A stretch of 64,000 nt of DNA. It comes from an uncultured Verrucomicrobiae bacterium. Its GTDB lineage: Bacteria; Verrucomicrobiota; Verrucomicrobiia; Chthoniobacterales; UBA10450. The notes beneath the pieces were generated by a model that searched no databases, was not told the origin of the DNA, and worked only from the letters and a program-made list of their open reading frames with translations. The position numbers were made by a program, and so were the translations under genes. Shown piece after piece: positions 52,056 to 64,000 of the stretch (its first letter is position 1; the number at the start of each line of letters is the position of its first letter). Where the stretch lies: the NCBI GenBank assembly GCA_963726745.1, contig CAVSDR010000002.1, positions 64,001-128,000 on the forward strand, read 5' to 3'.

Positions 52056-54650
52056 CTAATTCGCGTCCGCTTCCGTTTCGACTTCCGCCTCGTCGATCAC
52101 GTCGCTCACCACCGGCGCGATCGCCTGGAGCTTCTCGCCCGATTTCAGGTCCATCAATTTTACGCCCATGGTGTTCCGGCCGACGGCGCGGATCTCCTTG
52201 ATCCGCGTGCGCACCATCTGGCCCTTGGTCGTAATCAGCATGAGCTCGTCGGCGTCGGTCACGGTGAGAGCGCCGACGACTTTGCCGGTCTTGTCGCCCG
52301 TTTTCATCGTGATGATGCCTTTGCCTCCGCGGGACTGCGTGCGGTAATCGTCGAACGGCGTCCGTTTGCCGATGCCGTTCTCGCCGGCCACGAGCAACAT
52401 GGCATCCGTGTTCACGATCGCACTCGCGACCACGTGATCGCCTTTCACCGGGCGAATGCCCCAGACGCCCACGGTGTTGCGCCCCTGGTCGCGCAGCTGA
52501 TCCTCATGGAAACGCAGGCTCATGCCGTTGCGCGTGATCAGGACGATCTGGTCGTCGCCGGTGGTTAGTTGCGCGTCGATCAGGCAATCGTCTTCCTCGA
52601 TCTGGATGGCAATGATGCCGCCTTTCCGGACGTTGGAGTAATCGGAAAGGTTCGACTTCTTCACGATGCCGGTGCGGGTGGCGAAGACGATGTGCAGGTT
52701 TTCGTCCCAAGTAGTGTCAACCGCGTTCGCGCCGATGCCGGTGCGCTTCGACTGGATGCGGATGGTCGCGGCGATTTTCTCGTCGCTCCGCAGTTCGAGC
52801 AGGTTCGCGATCGAGCGACCTTTGGCGGCGCGGCCCATCTCCGGAATCTCGTAGACTTTCTCCACGTAGCAGCGGCCGCTCTCGGTGAAGAACATCAGGT
52901 AATCGTGCGTCGTCGCGGTGAAGAGATGCTCCACGAAGTCGCCCTCGTCCTCGTCGCGCGCGCCTTCGCGGGCGACCATGCCGATGACGCCTTTGCCGCC
53001 GCGACGCTGCGCGCGGAAGGCGCTCACCGCGGTCCGCTTGATGAAGCCGCCGTGGGTAATGGTGATGATCGTCCCTTCGTTGGCGATCAAGTCTTCCATG
53101 TTGATCTCGCCCTCGTCGGGGACAAGCTGCGTCAGGCGCGGGCCGGCGTACTTCGTCTGGATTTCGCGCAGCTCGGCCTTGATGATCTCGAGCACGCGCG
53201 ACTCCTTCGCGAGGATGTCGCGCAGGTCCTTGATCCGCTCGATCAACTCGTTGTACTCCGCCTGGAGCTTCTCGCGCTCGAGACCGGTCAGCTGGTAAAG
53301 GCGGAGATCGAGGATCTGATTCGCCTGGTGTTCGCTGAAGGCGTAACGGCCGTCGACCAGGCGCGCTTCGTTGCGGATCAGGATGCCGATCTGTTCGACC
53401 TGTTTGCGGGTGAACTCGAAGGCTAAAAGTTTGACCCGCGCTTCTTCGCGGTTGGCCGAGTTGCGGATGATGCGGATGAACTCGTCGAGATTAGCCAGCG
53501 CGATCAGGTAACCTTCGAGGGTCTCGGCGCGGTCCTCGGCTTTGCGCAATTCGAAGCGCGTCCGGCGCAGCACGACCTCGCGGCGATGCTCGATGTAAGC
53601 CGTGTTCGCGTCCTTCAGGTTGAGCAGCTTCGGCCGGCCGTGATCGATCGCGAGCATCGAGGCGGCGAACGAACTCTCGAGCGCGGTGTGCTTGTAAAGA
53701 TTGTTGATGACGACCTTGGGATTGCCGTCGCGCTTGAGCTCGATGACCACGCGCGTGTTCTCATCGGACTCGTCGCGGATCGCGCTGATATCAGTCAGCA
53801 CTTTGTCGTTCACCAGCGAGGCGATCCGTTCCACGAGAGTGGCGCGGTTCACGTTGTAGGGAATCTCGGTGATCACGATCTGCTCGCGATTGCCCTTGAG
53901 CTCCTCGACGCCGGCTTTGCCGCGCACTTTCATGCTCCCGCGGCCGGTCTCGAGGTATTGCTTGATCCCGCTCAACCCGCAAAGGGCGCAGCCGGTCGGA
54001 AAGTCCGGGCCCTTCACGTATTTCATCAGGCCTTCGACCGTGATGTCAGGATCGTCGATCTGCGCGCAGATGCCGTCGATGACTTCGCCGAGGTTATGCG
54101 GCGGGATGTTCGTGGCCATGCCGACGGCGATGCCGGTGCCGCCGTTAACCAGCAGGTTCGGGAAAGCGCTCGGGAAGACCGTCGGCTCGGTGCGGGTCTC
54201 GTCGTAGTTCGGGACGAAGTCGACCGTGTCCTTGTCCATGTCGACCATGAGCGCGGCGCCCAGGTGCGTCATGCGCGCCTCGGTGTAACGCATCGCGGCC
54301 GGCGGATCGCCTTCCACGGAACCAAAGTTGCCCTGGCCGTCGACCAGGGTCTCGCGCATGGCCCAGTCCTGCGCCATGTGCACCAGCGTCGGGTAAATTA
54401 CCGCCTCGCCGTGCGGGTGATAGTTACCGCTGGTGTCGCCGCAAATCTTGGCGCACTTACGATGCTGCCGGTTCGGGAAGAGCGAGAGGTCGTGCATCGC
54501 AAACAGGATGCGACGCTGCGAAGGCTTGAGCCCGTCGCGCGCATCGGGGAGCGCGCGCGAGATGATGACCGACATGGAGTAATCGAGGAATGACCTCGAG
54601 ACTTCTTCGGCGACGTTGATGGGCTCGATCTTTTCGTTGGGGTTATACAC
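52056..54650 (-). CDS. gyrA: DNA gyrase subunit A
   Basis: RALPDARDGLKP, YHPHGE, AAMRYTE, GyrA-box QRRGGKG, C-terminal pinwheel repeats. Confidence 0.97.
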   Translation of the reverse strand: MYNPNEKIEPINVAEEVSRSFLDYSMSVIISRALPDARDGLKPSQRRILFAMHDLSLFPNRQHRKCAKICGDTSGNYHPHGEAVIYPTLVHMAQDWAMRETLVDGQGNFGSVEGDPPAAMRYTEARMTHLGAALMVDMDKDTVDFVPNYDETRTEPTVFPSAFPNLLVNGGTGIAVGMATNIPPHNLGEVIDGICAQIDDPDITVEGLMKYVKGPDFPTGCALCGLSGIKQYLETGRGSMKVRGKAGVEELKGNREQIVITEIPYNVNRATLVERIASLVNDKVLTDISAIRDESDENTRVVIELKRDGNPKVVINNLYKHTALESSFAASMLAIDHGRPKLLNLKDANTAYIEHRREVVLRRTRFELRKAEDRAETLEGYLIALANLDEFIRIIRNSANREEARVKLLAFEFTRKQVEQIGILIRNEARLVDGRYAFSEHQANQILDLRLYQLTGLEREKLQAEYNELIERIKDLRDILAKESRVLEIIKAELREIQTKYAGPRLTQLVPDEGEINMEDLIANEGTIITITHGGFIKRTAVSAFRAQRRGGKGVIGMVAREGARDEDEGDFVEHLFTATTHDYLMFFTESGRCYVEKVYEIPEMGRAAKGRSIANLLELRSDEKIAATIRIQSKRTGIGANAVDTTWDENLHIVFATRTGIVKKSNLSDYSNVRKGGIIAIQIEEDDCLIDAQLTTGDDQIVLITRNGMSLRFHEDQLRDQGRNTVGVWGIRPVKGDHVVASAIVNTDAMLLVAGENGIGKRTPFDDYRTQSRGGKGIITMKTGDKTGKVVGALTVTDADELMLITTKGQMVRTRIKEIRAVGRNTMGVKLMDLKSGEKLQAIAPVVSDVIDEAEVETEADAN

Positions 54651-54658
54651 GGCGGGTT

Positions 54659-55147
54659 CGAACTAGACAGGATTTACAGGATTGTTTGGATGAACAGGAT
54701 GATGCAGATCGACTCCCTCGGGAGCAGACGTTTGCCGGCGATGCTTGCGTTTGAACTGCAGGCTGGGAGTTCCGAAATTCAAGAGGAGACCGATGTCGTG
54801 CTGAGTCGCGGTCAGGTAGTTCACTAGCTGCACTTCATCGGCTTTGCTTAAGGCACTCGCTGCTTTCAGTTCGCAAAGGATGAAGCCATTCACGACGACG
54901 TCCGCGATGAAGTCGCCCACAATGACGTGCTCGTATTTGACCGTAATCCGTTTTTCCAGTTCGACGGAAAGGCCAGCGCGCCGGAGCTCAAAGGCGAACG
55001 CGTTTCGATAGACGGATTCAAGGAACCCCGAGCCTAGTCCCCGGTGCACCTTCATGGCGCATCCGATGATCCTTTCGGTGAGCGCGTGATCTTCAGTGAA
55101 ATCCAATCCAGTAAATCCTTTGAATCCCATCAATCCTGTCTAGTTCG
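54659..55147. mobile_element. Inverted-repeat-bounded cassette carrying a GxxExxY gene, between gyrB and gyrA
   Basis: CGAACTAGACAGGATT (54659-54674) and AATCCTGTCTAGTTCG (55132-55147) are perfect reverse complements; each continues inward as four 9-nt-spaced GGAT units; interior is visibly more AT-rich. Confidence 0.6.
54663..55130 (-). CDS. GxxExxY protein (PD-(D/E)XK nuclease superfamily)
   Basis: IIGCAMKVHRGLGSGFLESVYRNA, ADVVV..ILCELKA, QLVNYL, GLLLNFG. Confidence 0.92.
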   Translation of the reverse strand: MGFKGFTGLDFTEDHALTERIIGCAMKVHRGLGSGFLESVYRNAFAFELRRAGLSVELEKRITVKYEHVIVGDFIADVVVNGFILCELKAASALSKADEVQLVNYLTATQHDIGLLLNFGTPSLQFKRKHRRQTSAPEGVDLHHPVHPNNPVNPV

Positions 55148-57760
<2,613 letters not shown>

Positions 57761-57943
57761 CTAGAGGAGAAAGCGTTGGGCAACAACGGATTTTTCCGGT
57801 TTGGAACCCGGTATTTTCCGCAACAAATAGTGCCCGGGACCACGGCGAGCGCGCTATCTTGTGCCCCGTCGAGGTTTGGCCCTGCCGGCTCGGAGAGGAC
57901 GCTTGACCGTCTCCGTTCCGCCCTCGAACCTGTGGGCGAAATT

Positions 57944-58573
57944 ATGCGCTGGCAGACACTTTATGAAGGCCGTTGGATCTTCGCCATTCTCGCCCTGCTG
58001 GCGCTCATCTCGCTGTTTATTTTTCCGTGGCTCGCGCTGCTTTTCGTGGCGCTGATTGTTTACACGCTGGCCTTCTTTCGCGACCCCGAGCGAACCACGC
58101 CGCCGGATGCGCAGATCGTGGTCGCCGCGGCCGATGGTGTGGTTGCCGACATCATGGAAATCGAGGAGCCGGAAGTGCTCAGGGCGTCAATGAAGCGCGT
58201 CGGCATTTTCCTCTCCGTCTTCGACGTGCACACGAACCGCGCGCCGGTCGAAGGCCGGGTCAGTTATCGGCAACATCACGAAGGTCTTTGCCTCGATGCG
58301 CGCAGCCCGGAGTGTTCCGGCAAAAACGAAGCCATGACCTGGGCGTTTGAGAATCCGCGCGCGGTCGTGGTCGTGCGCCAGCTCACCGGCGCGATTGCCC
58401 GGCGCATCGTCGGCTGGTCCGAGGTGGGCGATTACCTCGCGAAGGGCGAACGCTTCGGGATGATCCGCTTTGGCTCGCGCACGGAAGTCTACCTGCCGCT
58501 CGAGGCGGAGATCACGGTGAAGGTCGGCGAGCGCGTCGTCGGCGGAGCCTCGATCATCGCGCGGCTTCCCTAA
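57944..58573 (+). CDS. psd: Phosphatidylserine decarboxylase proenzyme
   Basis: FFRDPER, IFLSVFDVHTNRAP, IARRI, FGMIRFGSR (GS cleavage site). Confidence 0.9.
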   Translation: MRWQTLYEGRWIFAILALLALISLFIFPWLALLFVALIVYTLAFFRDPERTTPPDAQIVVAAADGVVADIMEIEEPEVLRASMKRVGIFLSVFDVHTNRAPVEGRVSYRQHHEGLCLDARSPECSGKNEAMTWAFENPRAVVVVRQLTGAIARRIVGWSEVGDYLAKGERFGMIRFGSRTEVYLPLEAEITVKVGERVVGGASIIARLP

Positions 58574-58576
58574 CGC

Positions 58577-59414
58577 ATGTCCGACGAGCAATACCCGAAG
58601 ATCTACCTGCTGCCGAACTTGATGACGGCGGGTAACCTCTTTTGTGGGTTCGCGGCCACGCTGAAGATCGTCCAGGGCGCGCTTTTGCAATCGACGCAGC
58701 CGGATGCCGCTTCCGCGCTCTTCCATGCGGCGATTTGGTTCATCCTCGGCGCCTGCGTCTTCGACTTGCTCGATGGCCGCCTCGCACGGCTCGGCGGGCA
58801 GGATAGCCCGTTCGGGCGGGAGTTCGACTCGTTAGCCGACATTGTCTCGTTCGGCCTGGCGCCGGCGCTGATGGTTTACCGGATTGTCTTGATCGACTTT
58901 CCGCCGGCAGCCGGCTCGGTGATTGCGTTTGTCTATCTCGTTTGCGGCGCCTTGCGCCTGGCGCGTTTTAATTGCATCGCCGCGGCCGGGAGCTCCGGTG
59001 GACGGGACAAAAACTTCCGCGGCTTTCCGATTCCTGCGGCTGCGGGAGTGATCGCGTCGCTGACGCTTTTCATGCTCTGGTGGACTGGGGAGCGCGACCA
59101 CGAGATCGGTCGCTGGAAGTGGGTCCTGCCGCCGCTGATGGTCTTCCTTTCGTTCATGATGTTCAGCAAGTTCAGCTACCCGAGCTTCAAGGGAGTGAAC
59201 TGGCGGACAACACGCTCGGTGCCCGCGTTTCCTCGCGATCAGCCTCATCCTCATCCTGACGGTGATGAACTACGAGTGGATGCCGGCGGTCCTCTTCCTC
59301 GCGTATCTGCTCTACGGCTTCCTGCGGCCCTGGCTTTCGAAAGCCTGGCGGCGCGAAATCGAGGAAGAGATCGGCGAGGAGATCCCCGGCGAGTCGGCCG
59401 ATGACGCTGTCTAG
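58577..59414 (+). CDS. pssA: CDP-diacylglycerol--serine O-phosphatidyltransferase; +1 frameshift near 59229
   Basis: LPNLMTAGNLFCG, DLLDGRLAR..DSLADIVSFG, RLARFN; corrected frame ends at TAG 59414. Confidence 0.9.
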
Positions 59415-60124
59415 CCGTTGAGCTGGGCGAGAACTTCCGGGTCGCGCACGTCGGCCCAATCGCCCGTCAGCTCGAGCGCCTGAACTTTGCGGCCAGAATG
59501 CGCCAGGGCGCGGATGGCGTCGGTTAGTTCGTATTCGCCGCGGGGCGAACGCTCCAGCTTGGCGGTGAACTCGAAAATGCTCGGGCGAAAGGCGTAGACG
59601 CCGGCGTTATACCAGGGGCTCGTTGGCTCGCCCGGGAGCGGTTTCTCGCGCAGGTCGGTGAGCTCGAATTTGTCATTCACAAAGACCGCGCCGCCCTGGC
59701 TGACGTCGTCGGAATGCTTCACCGACACGATCGCCTCGGTCTCGTTAGGCAGCGAGATCAGGCGTAGGTAATTCTCCGGGTCGAGCAGGATGTCGCCGTA
59801 GCTCAAGAGAAATGGATTCGACCCGCAAAAGTCGCGCGCTAATTCGACCACGCGGCCGGTGCCGTCCTGCGTCTCCTGGATGGCGTAGCTCACCCGCGCG
59901 CCGAGTTTCCCGCCATCGCCAAAGAATTCCCGCACGACCTCCGCGCGCCAGCCGACGATCATGAGAACGTCGGCAATGCCTGCGGCCTGCATGCCCTCGA
60001 GGATGTGCTGCAGGATCGGCTTCCCGCGCACCGACAGCATCGGCTTTGGCAAAGCGCTCGTTAGTTCGCGCATGCGCGTGCCCCGGCCGGCGGCGAGAAG
60101 GACAGCTTTGCGGATCGCGCTCAT
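59411..60124 (-). CDS. Sugar-phosphate nucleotidyltransferase (RmlA/GlmU-like)
   Basis: AVLLAAGRGTRM..LPKPML, YGD, EKP, SPRGEYELTDA. Confidence 0.9.
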   Translation of the reverse strand: MSAIRKAVLLAAGRGTRMRELTSALPKPMLSVRGKPILQHILEGMQAAGIADVLMIVGWRAEVVREFFGDGGKLGARVSYAIQETQDGTGRVVELARDFCGSNPFLLSYGDILLDPENYLRLISLPNETEAIVSVKHSDDVSQGGAVFVNDKFELTDLREKPLPGEPTSPWYNAGVYAFRPSIFEFTAKLERSPRGEYELTDAIRALAHSGRKVQALELTGDWADVRDPEVLAQLNG

Positions 60125-60190
60125 CCTCGAACGCTTCGACGCGCTCCGTTTCATTTGCAATCTCTCTTTGGATTCGCCAGCGTCCGCCCC

Positions 60191-60595
60191 ATGCGCATGC
60201 AATTCCTGGCGAAATACCGTGAGACCGGCCTCCTCCTGATGCGCCTTGGGCTGGGCGTGCTCTTTATCATCCTCACCGGACCGGTGCTGCTCGGCGGGCC
60301 AAGCCGCTGGGCCGCTTTTGGCAACGGCATCCGGCATCTTGGCTTGCACTCGCATTATCAGTTCTGGGGCTTCCTCGGTGCGCTCATGGGCTGCGCCGGC
60401 GGCGCCTTGATGATTTTTGGGCTGTTCTTCCGGCCGGCGGTGCTGCTCGTTTTTGCGCTCACGTGCATCCACTTGTTAGGCGCGCTCGACGGCGCAAGCG
60501 CGTGGCGGGCAAACCTGGCCGCGGTGGAGCTCGCCCTTATGCTCCTCGGCCTGCTCTTCGTGGGCCCAGGGAAGTACAGCGTGGATAAATCCTAG
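60191..60595 (+). CDS. DoxX family membrane protein
   Basis: GLLLMRLGLG, GLFFRPA, GPGKYSVD. Confidence 0.82.
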   Translation: MRMQFLAKYRETGLLLMRLGLGVLFIILTGPVLLGGPSRWAAFGNGIRHLGLHSHYQFWGFLGALMGCAGGALMIFGLFFRPAVLLVFALTCIHLLGALDGASAWRANLAAVELALMLLGLLFVGPGKYSVDKS

Positions 60596-61830
60596 CGCGC
60601 CGGTGCCGGTGCGAGCCCGACCGGGGCCGCGACTGGCGCGATCCGTGGAACCGCCACGGCCACGGGCGCAGCTGGCGCAGCTTTGGTCACCGTCTGCAAG
60701 CCGAGACCAGACGGCGCCTCGACATCGGACAAGCCCTGGATCTTCTTGGAGGCGTCGAGACGCTGCAGCATCCGGCTCTTGTTTGAGCAATAGAGCAGGG
60801 TGGCTTCCTCGGAGATCTCGCCGGCCTCGAAGGCGCGCAGCAGCGATTGGTCAAACGAATGCCAGCCCATGGTGCCGCCGGCTTCGATAATGTCGACAAA
60901 CGTCCGGTTTTCATTTTCCCCGTAGAGGATCACTTCGCGCGTGCGCAGGCTGCTGCCCATGATCTCGCTGACCATGAGCCGACCACCGCCGACCTTGCTG
61001 ACAAGGCGCTGGCTAACGACATACCGCACGGTCTCGGCAAGGCGCTGGCGCAATTGTTGTTCTTCCTCGCGCCCGAACATGCCGAGGATGCGGTTGATCG
61101 TCTGACCGGCATTGATCGTGTGCAGGGTCGAGTAAACCACGTGGCCGGTTTCCGCCGCGGTCATGGCGATCTCCATCGTCTCGCGGTCGCGAATTTCACC
61201 GACAAGGATGACTTTGGGCGCTTGCCGGAGCGCGGCCCGGAGGCCGTCGGCAAAAGTGAAGAAATCCTTCCCGAGTTCGCGCTGGCTCATGGCGGCCATG
61301 CGGTGTGGATGCAGGAATTCGATTGGGTCCTCCAGGGTAAGGATGTGAATTCCTTGGGTCACGTTCAGCTCGTTCAGCATCGCGGCCAGGGTGGTCGTCT
61401 TGCCGCTGCCGGTGCCGCCGGTCACGAAAACGATCCCGTTCTTGGCCTTGATAATCTCGCGGAAAATAGGGGCCATCCCAAGCGCGTCGAGGCTGGGGAT
61501 CTCGGATTGCAGCTTCCGCATCACAATCGCGTGGCGGCCGCATTGCTTAAAGACATTGACGCGGAACCGAGCCACCGGCTCGAGCGAGTAACTGCAATCG
61601 CAGGAGCCAGTGTTGCGCAAGTCGGCTTGCAGGCGCTCGCTCCCGTCGAGGATCAGGTCGGTGATTTGCTGGATGATCACGCCGTCGAGATCGCGATCGG
61701 TGGGGAAGGGTTGCAGCTGGCCATGGCGCTCGATCAAAGGCGGCTTGCCGGAGATAAAAAGTAGATCTGAAACCCCCGGGCCGCTCTCCAGCATTCCCGC
61801 CAACAACCCGTCGAGCGTCTCTTTCCTCAT
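60592..61830 (-). CDS. pilT: PilT/PilU family type IV pilus retraction ATPase
   Basis: RFRVNVF, TGGTGSGKTTT, TLEDPIEF, LRQAPKVILVGEIRD, AETGH..STLHT. Confidence 0.88.
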   Translation of the reverse strand: MRKETLDGLLAGMLESGPGVSDLLFISGKPPLIERHGQLQPFPTDRDLDGVIIQQITDLILDGSERLQADLRNTGSCDCSYSLEPVARFRVNVFKQCGRHAIVMRKLQSEIPSLDALGMAPIFREIIKAKNGIVFVTGGTGSGKTTTLAAMLNELNVTQGIHILTLEDPIEFLHPHRMAAMSQRELGKDFFTFADGLRAALRQAPKVILVGEIRDRETMEIAMTAAETGHVVYSTLHTINAGQTINRILGMFGREEEQQLRQRLAETVRYVVSQRLVSKVGGGRLMVSEIMGSSLRTREVILYGENENRTFVDIIEAGGTMGWHSFDQSLLRAFEAGEISEEATLLYCSNKSRMLQRLDASKKIQGLSDVEAPSGLGLQTVTKAAPAAPVAVAVPRIAPVAAPVGLAPAPAR

Positions 61831-61882
61831 CTTGCAGGAAAAGAGCTAAGAACGTGCCGAAGCCGCGGGTAAAATCGGACCG

Positions 61883-62182
61883 TTAAGGAGCCCCTGAAGC
61901 CAGGAGATAAGAGGTGACTGCCTGCTCTTGCGTTGGAGTTAATCCGGAACGTTTGGCCATTTTCGCGACCAGTCCCGGCCATGCTTGCGGGCTATGGTCA
62001 GCCACGGCCGGAAGCGCATGACATTTCGCGCAGCGCGAGAGGTAAAGCTGCCGGCCCTGGGCTAGCGCCGGACGGCCACTGACCGCGGGCGCCGCGACGT
62101 TAGAGGTGGCGGGGCCGCTGGATTCACATCCGACAAAAACAGCCGACAAGATCACCACCGCGAGCACGAGCGCCGGTCGCAT
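61883..62182 (-). CDS. Monoheme c-type cytochrome lipoprotein
   Basis: Lipobox FVGC; CAKCH heme-binding motif; distal Met candidate in W...VAKM. Confidence 0.82.
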   Translation of the reverse strand: MRPALVLAVVILSAVFVGCESSGPATSNVAAPAVSGRPALAQGRQLYLSRCAKCHALPAVADHSPQAWPGLVAKMAKRSGLTPTQEQAVTSYLLASGAP

Positions 62183-62185
62183 GCG

Positions 62186-62908
62186 CTAGAATGAGTAACC
62201 GGCAATCGTACGCACCTGGAAATCGGTTTCGTCTTCCACGCCGGTGAGCTGCGCGAGGGCGGTCGCGGTAAGCCACCAATTGCCCGCGCGCACCGACAGG
62301 TTCGGCCCGGCGTAGACCACGTTGTCGCCGCGACGTTCCCATTCGGGGAAGCCGACTTCGTGGAGCAACTCGCCGCCGACAAAAAATCGCGGCGACACCT
62401 GGTAGCTCAAGCCGGCGGTTTGCTGGAACTCGCCGTTGCGCTCCTCGTAGTTGTGGCCTTCCCACTCGCCCTCGAGCGTGGCGTTATAGGCGAGCATAAA
62501 GCGGCCAAGATTTCTCTGCAGGATCACCTTGCCCTCGAGTTCGACCAGCTCGTCGCCTACCTTGATCTCGCCATAAATGGCCGAGCCAAGCGCGGAGGTC
62601 TCGGGATTGGTTAGATTATACATCACCTCGACCGCAGCATCGTGGAAGCGCGCGCGATCATCCCGGGTGAAGTAACTCCAGTCGGCCACGTAGAGCGCGA
62701 GCTGCAGGCGGTCAGTCAGGCCGAACTCGATCTCGTGCCGGAAGTCGAAGCGATGCTCCTTCCAGGTGACCCAAGTTTCGAGCTCGACCGTGCCGGGGGC
62801 GGCGGTGGTCGATTCGTAGACGTAGGTGAAACGGCGATTGTTCGCCTGCGCCGGGAGCGCGCAGACGCAGGCCAGAGCGAGGACAACAAATAGACGCAGT
62901 GGTTTCAT
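62186..62908 (-). CDS. Putative outer-membrane beta-barrel (DUF6662-like)
   Basis: Signal peptide, FTYVYE, EIEFGLTDRLQL, amphipathic strands, terminal GYSF. Confidence 0.72.
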   Translation of the reverse strand: MKPLRLFVVLALACVCALPAQANNRRFTYVYESTTAAPGTVELETWVTWKEHRFDFRHEIEFGLTDRLQLALYVADWSYFTRDDRARFHDAAVEVMYNLTNPETSALGSAIYGEIKVGDELVELEGKVILQRNLGRFMLAYNATLEGEWEGHNYEERNGEFQQTAGLSYQVSPRFFVGGELLHEVGFPEWERRGDNVVYAGPNLSVRAGNWWLTATALAQLTGVEDETDFQVRTIAGYSF

Positions 62909-62941
62909 GATTAAGGAACTGATCGTTAGGGAAAGCGCGCG

Positions 62942-64000
62942 CTAAACCAGCTTGGCCGGCTCGGATTCGAGCGCTTCCGGAATGACGACATCGCCCTCGG
63001 GCGTGCCGCCGCTGAGCATCTGCGCGCCATAGTAGGAACCAACGACGAGGATGGCCGCGATCGCCTGGGCGAGGAGCGTTTCAACCGTCGGGAAGACAGC
63101 GAACCACATCCCCATCCAGCCGGGGATGACGTTTTCGAGTGCCGGGATCGGCGTGGTGCCGATCCAATGCGCCAGCTGCATTTCCTGCGCTTGCTCGCCC
63201 ACCATGACCAGAAGGACGACACCCAGCAAGATGCCGGTGGTGATGAGCATTTTCCGGTAAGGCAGCCGCTGTTGCAGCGCGAAGGTGAGGATGGCGACGA
63301 AACCGGTGAGCGTGAGGCCAAGCAGCGCCCCTTTGAGAACGACGCCGCCACCAAGGCGCAGGTTGTAGCTTTGCAGGAAGAGGACAACTTCGAAGCCTTC
63401 GCGATAGAGCGAGGTGAAGCCGAGGAGAATGAAGCCCCACCAGAGACGCCGCGGGGTGATCACGGTGGCACCGGCATTGGCCAGCAACGCCTTGCGCCGG
63501 CGATTGTGCGCCTTGATCCAGCCGCCCCAGTAAATCTTGTGGAAGAACCAGTTCATGATCACGAGCAGGACAATGACCGCGAGCAAGCCGGTGGCGGCCT
63601 GCAAATCGAGCGCAGGCACGCTTTCGGTCAGCTGGCCCATGATCCCGACGGCGATGAACCAGGTGACCAGCGACGCACCAAAAGCGATCGCCGCGCCGAG
63701 CGCGACCGGCCGGCGGTGCGCGCGTTTCGCGCCGACCATGCTCGCGGTGATCGCGGCGAGCACCAGAATGCACTCCAACCCTTCGCGAAAGACGAGCACG
63801 CCGATGTCGAGAAAAGCGACGGTCGAGGAAGTGCGCGGGCGGAGCGGATCGGGCTCGCCATGCGAGTGGATGCCTTGCCAGACGAGCACGCCCACGATCG
63901 AGAGCATGGCGACGGAAAGGAAAATTTTGACCGCGAGACGGTAGGGAGACTTCGCTTTTTTCGGCGAACGCGCGGCGGTAGGCGGAGGAGTGGAGGTCAT
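62942..64000 (-). CDS. FTR1/EfeU family iron permease (ATG at the window edge; may extend beyond it)
   Basis: Two RExxE motifs (FREGLE, YREGFE) and about 7-8 TM helices. Confidence 0.9.
   Translation of the reverse strand: MTSTPPPTAARSPKKAKSPYRLAVKIFLSVAMLSIVGVLVWQGIHSHGEPDPLRPRTSSTVAFLDIGVLVFREGLECILVLAAITASMVGAKRAHRRPVALGAAIAFGASLVTWFIAVGIMGQLTESVPALDLQAATGLLAVIVLLVIMNWFFHKIYWGGWIKAHNRRRKALLANAGATVITPRRLWWGFILLGFTSLYREGFEVVLFLQSYNLRLGGGVVLKGALLGLTLTGFVAILTFALQQRLPYRKMLITTGILLGVVLLVMVGEQAQEMQLAHWIGTTPIPALENVIPGWMGMWFAVFPTVETLLAQAIAAILVVGSYYGAQMLSGGTPEGDVVIPEALESEPAKLV

Noticed and set aside
54663..54710. CRISPR-like or microsatellite array in the GGAT repeats
   Set aside because: Only four degenerate 9-nt units per side, with no spacers and no cas genes; better explained as cassette arms.

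Overview
A 64-kb GC-rich (roughly 65% by eye) bacterial chromosomal segment. Gene content suggests Verrucomicrobiota, probably Spartobacteria/Chthoniobacterales; this is an inference from the class III cyclase-TolB-TPR protein, the alpha2-type GlyQS, the compact pilMNO block and the C-terminal RxFLRL-type secreted protein. Most of the window is housekeeping: glyQS, murI, amidase, valS, cstA, pilMNO, uvsE, a moxR-DUF58-batABCDE operon, der, pgsA, prfC, gyrB/gyrA, psd-pssA, pilT, an FTR1 iron-permease operon, tRNA-Val(CAC) and tRNA-Leu(TAA). At least 12 single-base insertions in 9 genes look like long-read consensus errors. Three signals stand out. (1) A non-palindromic 10-mer, CTCGTTAGGC/GCCTAACGAG, occurs 16 times exactly (28 copies of the GTTAGGC core by manual count) on both strands, in several reading frames, inside core genes and at gene ends, resembling a DNA-uptake sequence or other genome-wide signal. 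(2) A GxxExxY nuclease-fold gene fills the gyrB-gyrA gap, bounded by perfect 16-bp inverted repeats with 9-nt periodic GGAT arrays and a 6-bp direct repeat. (3) An SdpA/SdpB-like maturation pair follows a Cys-containing lipoprotein and precedes a cyclase-TPR gene.
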